Source: a virus (Duplodnaviria; Caudoviricetes). Taken from it: a DNA stretch of 64,000 nt. The notes beneath the pieces are model-generated. The model saw only the letters and a program-made list of their open reading frames with translations, ran no database searches and was not told the origin of the DNA. Each line of letters opens with the position of its first letter. The first letter of the stretch is position 1. Below are positions 56,750 through 64,000 of this stretch, one piece after another. A program made the position numbers and the translations under genes. The stretch spans positions 32,001 through 96,000 of the IMG/VR virus record IMGVR_UViG_3300021400_000128. One strand, 5' to 3'.

Positions 56750-57411
56750 CAGCTTTTTCTCTTTCCATAAATCCATGCAATAGGAATAAGCGTATAAGTG
56801 TCTTTTAGTGCTCTGATACAGTTAACCATCGTCATTCCACTTGTACAAACATCATCAATAAAGATACAAACTGGTTTATTAGAGTGTCCGATTACCTGTA
56901 TCACACCTCTGTCCTGTGTTACATCCGCGTATGTTGATCCTGATAAGTGTCTGTCTGCAAACATCTTGACGTATGGACAATTTAATTTCTCAGCAAGAAC
57001 TTTCCCGACTTCGGAAATGAAATGTTTTTTTGTTTTGCTATGTCCTTGCGGAGCATTATAGACAAAGCAGTTATCGGTTTTATGAATCAATTGCCGGATC
57101 GTGAGTTCGAACTCACTGGCAACCATATTCAGAGCTTCAGGTTCCTGTTCCGCTTTTACTCTCTTGAGCCATTTGACCTGTTCTTTTTCGCTGGTGTCCC
57201 AAGAGCGAATAGACAACCAACGATAATCACCTTTTCTGTTAAATTTCGGAGCTAATGTTCCGATATTAACAGGCATGATTTTCAATTCATGGTCAACAGT
57301 ATCAAATGCGCTGTATGTACTGATTTTTTTCTTTGTACTTTCCGGAGATAACAAGCCATTATCAAATGAAAACACATCGAAGCTGAACCCAGCTCCTAAA
57401 TCATTTCGCAT
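56749..57411 (-). CDS. Phosphoribosyltransferase-fold (ComF-like) protein
   Basis: IFIDDVCTSGMT PRPP-binding loop. Confidence 0.75.
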   Translation of the reverse strand: MRNDLGAGFSFDVFSFDNGLLSPESTKKKISTYSAFDTVDHELKIMPVNIGTLAPKFNRKGDYRWLSIRSWDTSEKEQVKWLKRVKAEQEPEALNMVASEFELTIRQLIHKTDNCFVYNAPQGHSKTKKHFISEVGKVLAEKLNCPYVKMFADRHLSGSTYADVTQDRGVIQVIGHSNKPVCIFIDDVCTSGMTMVNCIRALKDTYTLIPIAWIYGKRKS

Positions 57412-57935
57412 TCGATCCCCATGTTCGTTAACCGTTCGTAGGTTTCCCGCTGTTCATTTAGGCTCTTGCATTCAATCTGTACAATGAAGCGAGGATTACC
57501 TGATCCGGATGTTTCATTATCATCCTCATCCTCTTCTTCATCGTCAGTATCATAATTCGGGAAAAACCCGAAGTCGGCGATGTCGAATTCCAACGGATCG
57601 AGAAGCATGAATTCTTGTTCCAGACGGTCATAATCCCAGGTGGACATTTCCGCTACTTTGTTATCTGCAAGACGAAAAGCGCGGATCTGGTCTTCTGAAA
57701 GGTCATCTGCCATGATGCAAGGGACTTTTGCCATCTTTAACCGTCTGGCTGCCTTGTATCTGGTGTGCCCGCAGATGATCATGTTGTTCTTATCAATAAT
57801 AATGGGTACTTTAAAACCGAAATTCTGAATTGAATTTGCCACGTACTGGACTGCATCGGAGTTCTTTCGTGGGTTGTTTTCATACATTTGAAGGTCGTTG
57901 ATGTCTTTATATACTATCTGTAACTCATCTGCCAT
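57396..57935 (-). CDS. ParB/Srx N-terminal domain protein
   Basis: YENNPRKN...SIQNFGF...CGHTR...FRLADNK. Confidence 0.88.
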   Translation of the reverse strand: MADELQIVYKDINDLQMYENNPRKNSDAVQYVANSIQNFGFKVPIIIDKNNMIICGHTRYKAARRLKMAKVPCIMADDLSEDQIRAFRLADNKVAEMSTWDYDRLEQEFMLLDPLEFDIADFGFFPNYDTDDEEEDEDDNETSGSGNPRFIVQIECKSLNEQRETYERLTNMGIECEMI

Positions 57936-57950
57936 ATTCTCTCCTTACGT

Positions 57951-58006
57951 TTAAATAAAAAGTAGACACTTGTATGTACAAAGTGCCTTCTTAGGGTCTG
58001 ATTATA
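57951..58006 (-). promoter_or_regulatory. Late-leader element 12
   Basis: AGACCCTAAGAAGGCACTTTGTAC-atac-AAGTGTCTAC-TTTTT; loop nearly identical to element 6. Confidence 0.8.
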
Positions 58007-58180
58007 TTTTACCTTATTTTATTATTCACATCGTTGTCATTTCATCCCATATATAGTGATATGGTATCCATCGTGTGGAAGTGTCGAATTCCGTCACAGG
58101 CTGAATCACGGGTATCCGGTACTCACCTGTTCCAACGAACATCGCTTTTTCAAGATTTAATAATGGGAGCTGACTTTTCT

Positions 58181-58894
58181 TCATTTCTTCTTACCGAGCT
58201 TTTCCCGCTGTTTTCTTATCCGCTCATCATGTTTTTCCATATCTTCAACGTTGTATGTCTTTCCACCAAACAATTGATATCCTCGTTCTAACGGTATCAC
58301 TTCATCCTTCAGCTCTTCTGGCACAATACCGTTAAACAATATCTGTGATGGGTTCAGTCGTTTCTTCATTTCTTCATAACCCATCCAGAAATTATCATAA
58401 TAATCCTTCGTCTGCATTGTCCCAACGGTTGACACACAGACCACCGAGTTTGTAGGTTCACCGTCGAAGCAGAATTGAAACGTCTGTGGCAATGCCCATG
58501 TGATCGTTGGGATAATGTTCACCCCGTTCATTTGAAGATAGGCAGCTACCCAGTGTTTTCGGTAGTGATTCCACACCTGCATCGCCTTCGGCATATTGGT
58601 ATATATCGAAAACTCAGGGGAACAGACATAGCGGTACTGTTTCAGACGATCAAGATACAGGTCAGGTGCACTCCAAAGACGTTCGAATTGATAATCATGA
58701 ACGTGAAAATGGATACCACGCTTAGATGGATCGTTCTTTTTGATATCACTTTGCATATAGTTGAATGGGATCCACTTTGTTGTTGTGTCGTATTCCTTCA
58801 CTCTGCCTGCTATCACAGGAATTCCATATTCACCGACACCATCAAACAGAGCTTTTTCCATATTTAGCAGTGGGACAATAAACTTTTTTGCCAT
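58181..58894 (-). CDS. DUF4417 family protein
   Basis: GEYGIPVI...IHFHVHDYQFERLW...SPEFSIY.NMP...QVWNHYR..W...IPTITW...FCFDGEP. Confidence 0.85.
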   Translation of the reverse strand: MAKKFIVPLLNMEKALFDGVGEYGIPVIAGRVKEYDTTTKWIPFNYMQSDIKKNDPSKRGIHFHVHDYQFERLWSAPDLYLDRLKQYRYVCSPEFSIYTNMPKAMQVWNHYRKHWVAAYLQMNGVNIIPTITWALPQTFQFCFDGEPTNSVVCVSTVGTMQTKDYYDNFWMGYEEMKKRLNPSQILFNGIVPEELKDEVIPLERGYQLFGGKTYNVEDMEKHDERIRKQREKLGKKK

Positions 58895-58897
58895 GTG

Positions 58898-59464
58898 TCA
58901 CCCCACGGAAGATTCATAATCGTTCCTGACAGATGCGTCCCCCATCTCACATCTTGCCATTTTGTGAAATTCGTCTAATCCTTTGTCGCGGATACACTCC
59001 AGGAACTTGATAATCAGTGTATCAGTCTCCGGATGAAAATGTCTGCCTTTTCGCATTTTCTTATAGTGGATCATTGGTGATTCAGGTGTCCAGGCTTCTT
59101 TTTGATAGACCTTCCCGGCACCGATCCAGTCACAGATCATCTCTATGACATAGTGATATGGGATTTTGTTTGCAATCACACTTCCGTCTGCTTCAGTAAA
59201 ATCTGTCCAAAATTCCCAATGATGAGGATTCGCTCCTTTGTGATGGAGCCATGCATAGCTGTAGCCGATGTCTTCCTTCTCTGCTTCAATCGGGCTTCGG
59301 TTCCCTTGAAAGTATTTCGCCGAGGGTATGAACTCTGCAAAACTAAATTTTGAAAGATCATGTTTGATTCCCTGCCATGTGATACCACACGCTCTGCATT
59401 CCTTGAATACAACTTTTTTATGTCTGCAAACGGTTAGAAAATGTTTGATATAGGGATTGTTCAT
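58898..59464 (-). CDS. DUF5662 (HD-like) protein
   Basis: HK..V...HDLSKFS..EF...AWLHHKG.NPHHWE...EMICDWIGAG. Confidence 0.85.
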   Translation of the reverse strand: MNNPYIKHFLTVCRHKKVVFKECRACGITWQGIKHDLSKFSFAEFIPSAKYFQGNRSPIEAEKEDIGYSYAWLHHKGANPHHWEFWTDFTEADGSVIANKIPYHYVIEMICDWIGAGKVYQKEAWTPESPMIHYKKMRKGRHFHPETDTLIIKFLECIRDKGLDEFHKMARCEMGDASVRNDYESSVG

Positions 59465-59480
59465 ATTACTCCTAATGTGT

Positions 59481-59538
59481 AAATAAGAAGGCACCTGTTA
59501 ATTAAGGTGCCTTCTTAGGGTCTGTGTTTATTATAACA
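59481..59538 (-). promoter_or_regulatory. Late-leader element 13
   Basis: TGTTATAAT-N6-AGACCCTAAGAAGGCACCT-taattaac-AGGTGCCTTCTTA-TTT. Confidence 0.85.
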
Positions 59539-59543
59539 GAATA

Positions 59544-61838
59544 TTATTTAGCAAACTCCCGAATCTGGTTCAGCCCTATGTATTTCTTTCCACCACTAAC
59601 CAAAACTGGAACGCTCTGGATATCGTATTTTTTGGCAAACTCAGTTGTAGCTTCATCCTTCACGACAATCTTTTGATAATCGATCCCAGCTTGCTTCAGT
59701 ACATTCTCAGCCATGTTGCAATTTGGGCATGTCTCTGTTGAGAAAAGCATATTAACATCCTTCTTTTCCTTGTGAAAGTTAGGATCATATTCTTTTCGCT
59801 CTTTGAATTCCTGCACCTTCCCATCATTCCAATTGCGCAGCGGACGATAATATCCCGTGATTCTGCTGTACACTTCGGTTTCTTTTCCACATTGTGGACA
59901 TTGAGCAACTTCACCTGTCAAATATCCATGGTCAGGACAAATTGAATACGTCGGGGATAGTGTGTAATACGGGAGATGATAATTTTCCGCTATTTTCCTT
60001 ACAAGCTGCGCCGCTGCTTTCCACCCGCTCAATCTCTCGCCGAGAAATACATGGAATACGGTTCCGGACGTGTAAAGCGTTTGCAGTTTATCCTGAATAT
60101 CCAGTGCTTCGAACACATCTTCAGTATAACCGACAGGAAGGTGAGATGAGTTTGTATAATAAGGTGTTCCGTCTGACGCTGTTATTATTTCCGGCCATCG
60201 TTCTTTATCATGCTTCGCAAGGCGATATGATGTTGATTCTGCTGGTGTCGCTTCAAGATTGAATAAATTTCCGTATTTTTCCTGATAATCTGAAAGACGT
60301 TCCCGCATATGATTTAGAACATTTTCTGCAAACTTCTGCGTTTCAGGATTTGTCAGATCTTTTTTCAACCACTTCGCATTCAGTCCCGCTTCATTCATAC
60401 CAACCAAACCAATTGTAGAAAAATGATTGTTAAACGTTCCGAGATAGCGTTTTGCGTAAGGATAGAACCCTGCATCAAGATATTTTGTGAGGACTTTTCT
60501 CTTAATATCTAAAGAACGGGCAGCAATATCCATCATTTTATCTAATCGCTTATAAAAGTCAGTTTCATCTTTCGCAAGAAAAGCGATGCGGGGAAGGTTG
60601 ATGGTAACAACGCCGATCGATCCAGTACTTTCTCCGGAGCCAAAGAATCCACCTGATTTTTTACGCAGTTCACGAAGATCAAGGCGCAACCGACAACACA
60701 TCGACCTCACGTCTGTTGGTTCCATATCGCTGTTGATGTAATTAGAAAAATAAGGTGTTCCGTACTTGGCGGCCATTTCAAAAAGCAGACGATTGTTTTC
60801 AGACTCCGACCAATCAAAATCTTTCGTGATAGAGTACGTCGGAATTGGGTACTGTAATCCACGACCATTTGCATCACCTTCAATCATCACTTCGATGAAT
60901 GCTTTGTTTACCATATCAGCTTCTTTTTGGCAGTCGCCATATGTGAAATCCATCGGTTCCCCTCCGACCAAAGCAGGCTGGTCTTTCAGGTCAGTAGGAA
61001 TTCTCCAGTCCAGCGTGATGTTAGTAAATGGAGCCTGTGAACCCCATCGGCTTGGCGTGTTTACCCCGAAGACAAAAGACTGAATGCAGTTTTTTACATC
61101 TTCATATTTCAGGTGATCCGCTTTTACAAAAGGAGCTAAATATGTATCAAAAGAGGAAAATGCCTGTGCACCAGCCCATTCGTTTTGCATTATTCCAATA
61201 AAATTCACCATCTGATTACATAGAGAGGATAGATGCCTCGCCGGAGCAGATGTGATTTTACCAGGAACACCGCCAAGTCCTTCCTGGATCAACTGTTTCA
61301 GCGACCATCCGGCACAGTATGGAGCTAACATGGCAAGGTCGTGAATGTGAATATCAGCATTTCGGTGTGCATCACCGATTTCCTGATCGTAAATTTCACT
61401 CAGCCAGTAATTTGCCGTAATAGCTCCACTGTTGGAAAGAATCAGTCCGCCAATAGAATAAGTTATGGTCGAATTTTCTTTAACTCTCCAATCAGAACTA
61501 TCAACATAACTGTTGACCAATTCTTTGTAGTCAAGGAAAGTGCTTTTTAGATTTCGGATATTTTCTCGCTGTTTGCGATAAAGGATATAGGATTTCGCAA
61601 CATCTGAATATCCGGCTTGACTAAGAATTGTTTCCACACTATCCTGAATATCTTCAACGTTAATCGTATTATTCTTCACCTTTGATTGGAAATCTGCCGT
61701 AACCTGTATTGCAAGCATTTCTAAAACATCTGGAAATACAGTTTTTTCTTCCGCAAGAAAGGCTTTTTCCATAGCGTGAATAACTTTTTGAATATCGAAC
61801 TTAGCATGACTGCCATTTCTCTTTATCACATCACACAT
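59544..61838 (-). CDS. nrdD: Anaerobic ribonucleoside-triphosphate reductase with ATP cone and C-terminal glutaredoxin-like domain
   Basis: VIKRNG ATP cone, HIHDL..PYCAG, SMCCRL, ATPAES, YSRITGYY, C-terminal CPNC. Confidence 0.95.
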   Translation of the reverse strand: MCDVIKRNGSHAKFDIQKVIHAMEKAFLAEEKTVFPDVLEMLAIQVTADFQSKVKNNTINVEDIQDSVETILSQAGYSDVAKSYILYRKQRENIRNLKSTFLDYKELVNSYVDSSDWRVKENSTITYSIGGLILSNSGAITANYWLSEIYDQEIGDAHRNADIHIHDLAMLAPYCAGWSLKQLIQEGLGGVPGKITSAPARHLSSLCNQMVNFIGIMQNEWAGAQAFSSFDTYLAPFVKADHLKYEDVKNCIQSFVFGVNTPSRWGSQAPFTNITLDWRIPTDLKDQPALVGGEPMDFTYGDCQKEADMVNKAFIEVMIEGDANGRGLQYPIPTYSITKDFDWSESENNRLLFEMAAKYGTPYFSNYINSDMEPTDVRSMCCRLRLDLRELRKKSGGFFGSGESTGSIGVVTINLPRIAFLAKDETDFYKRLDKMMDIAARSLDIKRKVLTKYLDAGFYPYAKRYLGTFNNHFSTIGLVGMNEAGLNAKWLKKDLTNPETQKFAENVLNHMRERLSDYQEKYGNLFNLEATPAESTSYRLAKHDKERWPEIITASDGTPYYTNSSHLPVGYTEDVFEALDIQDKLQTLYTSGTVFHVFLGERLSGWKAAAQLVRKIAENYHLPYYTLSPTYSICPDHGYLTGEVAQCPQCGKETEVYSRITGYYRPLRNWNDGKVQEFKERKEYDPNFHKEKKDVNMLFSTETCPNCNMAENVLKQAGIDYQKIVVKDEATTEFAKKYDIQSVPVLVSGGKKYIGLNQIREFAK

Positions 61839-61854
61839 TTCTCTCTCCTCTTAT

Positions 61855-62529
61855 TTAACGCACCATTGTTTTTACATATTTATTTCCAATGGAACGATAT
61901 TCTTTCATTTCCTCTGATGTCGGTGAATGCAGACCGCGTTGAAACACCTCCGTTGTATCCATGAAAGGCTGTAAATACCAGATAGTGGATCCTTGTAAAT
62001 ACCTTCCGGTTTCTTCGATATCCCTTTGGGAATGAAATTCTCTGACAACGGTCGTGCGAAATTCATAAGGAACACCACTACTACGGATAATTTCTATCGA
62101 TTGCTGAATAAGATCGGTTTTCAGATTTTGGATTCCGGATGTTTTAGCGTATTTTTCAAAAGAGTTTTTTACATCCATTGCAATGTAATCAATGATATTT
62201 TGTGTTAGTATCTTTTGTAAAGTTTCAGGATTGCTTCCGTTCGTATCAAGTTTGATGGAATATCCAATCTGCTTGATTTCCTGCAAAAAAGGAATAATAT
62301 CTTGATGTATTAAAGGTTCTCCACCTGTTACACATACACCATCTATTATTCCTTTGCGCTTTTGCAGATATTGAAAAACAGTTTCCGGATCAATTGATTC
62401 ATCACCATTCACAATCCCACTGTTATAACAAAATGGGCAGTGAAAATTACAACCTGTCGTAAATATTACGCAGGCTGTTTTATCCGGATAATTTAGCAAA
62501 CTGAGCTTTTGGAATCCGCCAATCTTCAT
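61855..62529 (-). CDS. nrdG: Anaerobic RNR activating radical-SAM enzyme
   Basis: CNFHCPFC, TGGEP, LDTNG, EFRTT; adjacent to nrdD. Confidence 0.92.
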   Translation of the reverse strand: MKIGGFQKLSLLNYPDKTACVIFTTGCNFHCPFCYNSGIVNGDESIDPETVFQYLQKRKGIIDGVCVTGGEPLIHQDIIPFLQEIKQIGYSIKLDTNGSNPETLQKILTQNIIDYIAMDVKNSFEKYAKTSGIQNLKTDLIQQSIEIIRSSGVPYEFRTTVVREFHSQRDIEETGRYLQGSTIWYLQPFMDTTEVFQRGLHSPTSEEMKEYRSIGNKYVKTMVR

Positions 62530-62545
62530 TCTTTCGTCCTATAGC

Positions 62546-62608
62546 AAAAATAAAAGAAAGCACAATTCAATTACGAAATGTGCCTTCTTAGGGTCTGAGG
62601 TAATTATA
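62546..62608 (-). promoter_or_regulatory. Late-leader element 14
   Basis: TATAAT-N6-AGACCCTAAGAAGGCACA...TGTGCTTTCTT-TTATTTTT. Confidence 0.85.
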
Positions 62609-62715
62609 ACTGATTTTCTTTATGTGTTTTTTTTATTTTAATTGGCGATATCCTTGATGGAATATACTTATCATCTGTTTACTGAATTATCGCCGGATAT
62701 ATGAGCTTCGACATA

Positions 62716-63039
62716 TTACCTTTCCTGGTACTTCGGACATTTCTCATTATCGAAATATACCCCAGTGGGTTTTGTTTCATACTTTTCACATGATCCGGCA
62801 GTGTAGTCTGTTGTCTTACGACCGCTGAACATCTTTCCTGCAAATTTACACGTTCTGCAAGCCATGTTCTTTTGCTTTTCACGCTGACGCTCTGCTGATG
62901 CCGCCATAGCTTCATCTTCTGAATAATAACGGAGCCATACGCTTTTCCTGCTGTCTGAAAGACTGTTAAATTCCTTCTTTTCTTCATCTGAAAGGTCATT
63001 CCAGATTTCATCCAAATATTTTTTCTCACTATCTGTCAT
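62716..63039 (-). CDS. Cys-containing partner (putative immunity) of the ART
   Basis: CRTCKF...CEKY..KP..V...EKC..Y; directly downstream of the ART. Confidence 0.6.
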   Translation of the reverse strand: MTDSEKKYLDEIWNDLSDEEKKEFNSLSDSRKSVWLRYYSEDEAMAASAERQREKQKNMACRTCKFAGKMFSGRKTTDYTAGSCEKYETKPTGVYFDNEKCPKYQER

Positions 63040-63051
63040 TTTTCACCTTCT

Positions 63052-63948
63052 TTAAATTTTACTCCAATCAATTTCAGGGCGTTCAATAGTTTTTGCATCT
63101 TGTCCAACTATAGTAAACACGACTTGTGGAGTTCCATATCTACCACCAGTTCTGTTGATCGCAATCGGTTTCAGTTTATAACCTCTCTGTAAGATGATTT
63201 CAAATTCAGTTCCATAATCAGATTGTTTTGAAACACCATCCCATCCTAAACCGCTTCCCATCCCATGAATACTAAAAGGTTCTGCGTAAATACCTTTTGA
63301 TCCTTTCGGTACAAAAATCTTCATTTCCACGCCACTAAATCCACTTTCAGAAGTCGCACCTGTTGACATAAAGTTATTAACATCTATGATTTTACCTTGA
63401 TCGATGGCTTCCTGAACACCATCCAACATTGCTGGTATAGGCTGAGCAAGCATTAAACCAAACATTCTGTTCATATGTCGTGTTGATACTCCGCGCCGCA
63501 CCCAGATATCTTCTGGAATCTCGGTTTTATCCAAAGCAGCTGTCAGCTGATTCACACGTTCCATTGTTCCATCGTAAAGGTATTCTGTAGGATCCAGTCT
63601 TCCACCTAATAATTTATTCATTGAATCATAAGCACCACCGGTAAATTCATAAGCAGCATCTCTTTCATCATCTGTAAAGCTATTCCATGCTTTACCGGAG
63701 CTTTCCCGGAATTTATCATCAACTTCTTGTTTGTCTTTAGTCCATATCGCATTATCTAATCGTTTTTGATCGTATGATTCACGGTATGGGCTTTGATTTT
63801 CTGAATTCTGCTGTCTTCTTTTTTCTCGTTCCGCTTCTTTTGCTGCTTGTCTCTTGCGTTCAAGATCATCAATTTCAGTCTGCGGAGCTCCATTCAGCCT
63901 TGCATTGGCTATTTTCTTTGCTAATCGATAACTTGCTGATCCACCCAT
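63052..63948 (-). CDS. MGG-leader ADP-ribosyltransferase (VIP2/C3-like R-S-ExE)
   Basis: FTGGAY..MN..L, VRRG, FMST, VPKGSKGIY, EFEIILQRG. Confidence 0.85.
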   Translation of the reverse strand: MGGSASYRLAKKIANARLNGAPQTEIDDLERKRQAAKEAEREKRRQQNSENQSPYRESYDQKRLDNAIWTKDKQEVDDKFRESSGKAWNSFTDDERDAAYEFTGGAYDSMNKLLGGRLDPTEYLYDGTMERVNQLTAALDKTEIPEDIWVRRGVSTRHMNRMFGLMLAQPIPAMLDGVQEAIDQGKIIDVNNFMSTGATSESGFSGVEMKIFVPKGSKGIYAEPFSIHGMGSGLGWDGVSKQSDYGTEFEIILQRGYKLKPIAINRTGGRYGTPQVVFTIVGQDAKTIERPEIDWSKI

Positions 63949-64000
63949 AGAAAAGACACCTCCTAATCAAGATGCCCTTTCTTAGAGCGCACATCTTTTT
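63949..64000 (-). promoter_or_regulatory. Late-leader element 15, RBS-occluding variant, truncated upstream
   Basis: GCGCTCTAAGAAAGGGCATC-ttgattagga-GGTGTCTTTTCT-ATG. Confidence 0.7.

Noticed and set aside
659-62208. Numerous plus-strand ORFs in the track (e.g. 911..1444, 7532..8437, 26507..27337, 27722..28345)
   Set aside because: They are antisense shadows of well-supported minus-strand genes, with no RBS or family motifs. Only 14744..15241 was accepted.
62679-63029. 116-aa ORF overlapping 62716..63039
   Set aside because: It is an alternative frame. The 107-aa ORF has the RBS (AAGGTG) and a coherent Cys motif.
39789-63948. MGGSAS as an N-myristoylation signal (MGxxxS)
   Set aside because: It fits only three of the eight proteins, and bacteria lack the canonical N-myristoyltransferase, so it is probably coincidental.
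14532-64000. GCCTTCTTAGGGTCT repeats as a CRISPR array or att/recombination sites
   Set aside because: Copies are solitary, kilobases apart, in one orientation, always in 5' leaders, and have covarying stems. There are no spacers, cas operon or recombinase.
1-64000. tRNA, rRNA, integrase or lysis genes
   Set aside because: None was recognisable by eye. A tRNAscan-SE or HMM run would be needed to exclude divergent ones, so lifestyle cannot be fixed from this window.

Overview
The window is a 64-kb internal segment of a large, low-GC siphovirus-type phage or prophage, with almost every gene on the minus strand. The likely host is an anaerobic, Bacillota-like bacterium (sigma-A promoters, strong GGAGG RBSs, class III RNR). 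Read right to left it holds nrdG/nrdD, a ParB x3/C5-methyltransferase/PRTase/DUF4417 cluster, a long run of small early-type ORFs, terS, terL, an IS200/IS605 element, portal, scaffold, major capsid, head-tail, tail tube, chaperones, a 2711-aa tape measure, Dit, Tal-like and fibre genes. No integrase, replication or lysis genes were recognised. Three features stand out. (1) Eight dispersed genes encode proteins starting M-G-G-[S/G], seven of them continuing [A/R]-x-[Y/F]-[R/K]. Two shared N-terminal leaders are fused to interchangeable C-terminal effector domains (RelA/SpoT synthetase, two HEXXH peptidases, ADP-ribosyltransferase-like domains), mostly with small partner genes. They sit in and around the head module, which lacks a MuF gene, so this looks like a MuF-independent polymorphic virion-effector system. 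(2) About 15 copies of a promoter-proximal leader (-10 box, AGACCCUAAGAAGGC, covarying hairpin, U-tract or occluded RBS) precede the structural modules and six of the MGG genes, suggesting an undescribed attenuation/antitermination late switch. (3) Seven copies of a conserved strong sigma-A cassette with a TGT-N17-ACA operator drive early accessory islands interleaved among the late genes. Also notable are a probably catalytically dead TerL ATPase paralogue, a Csx16-like ring-nuclease candidate and two tnpB-less IS605 mini-elements. All family assignments come from motifs read by eye, not from database searches.
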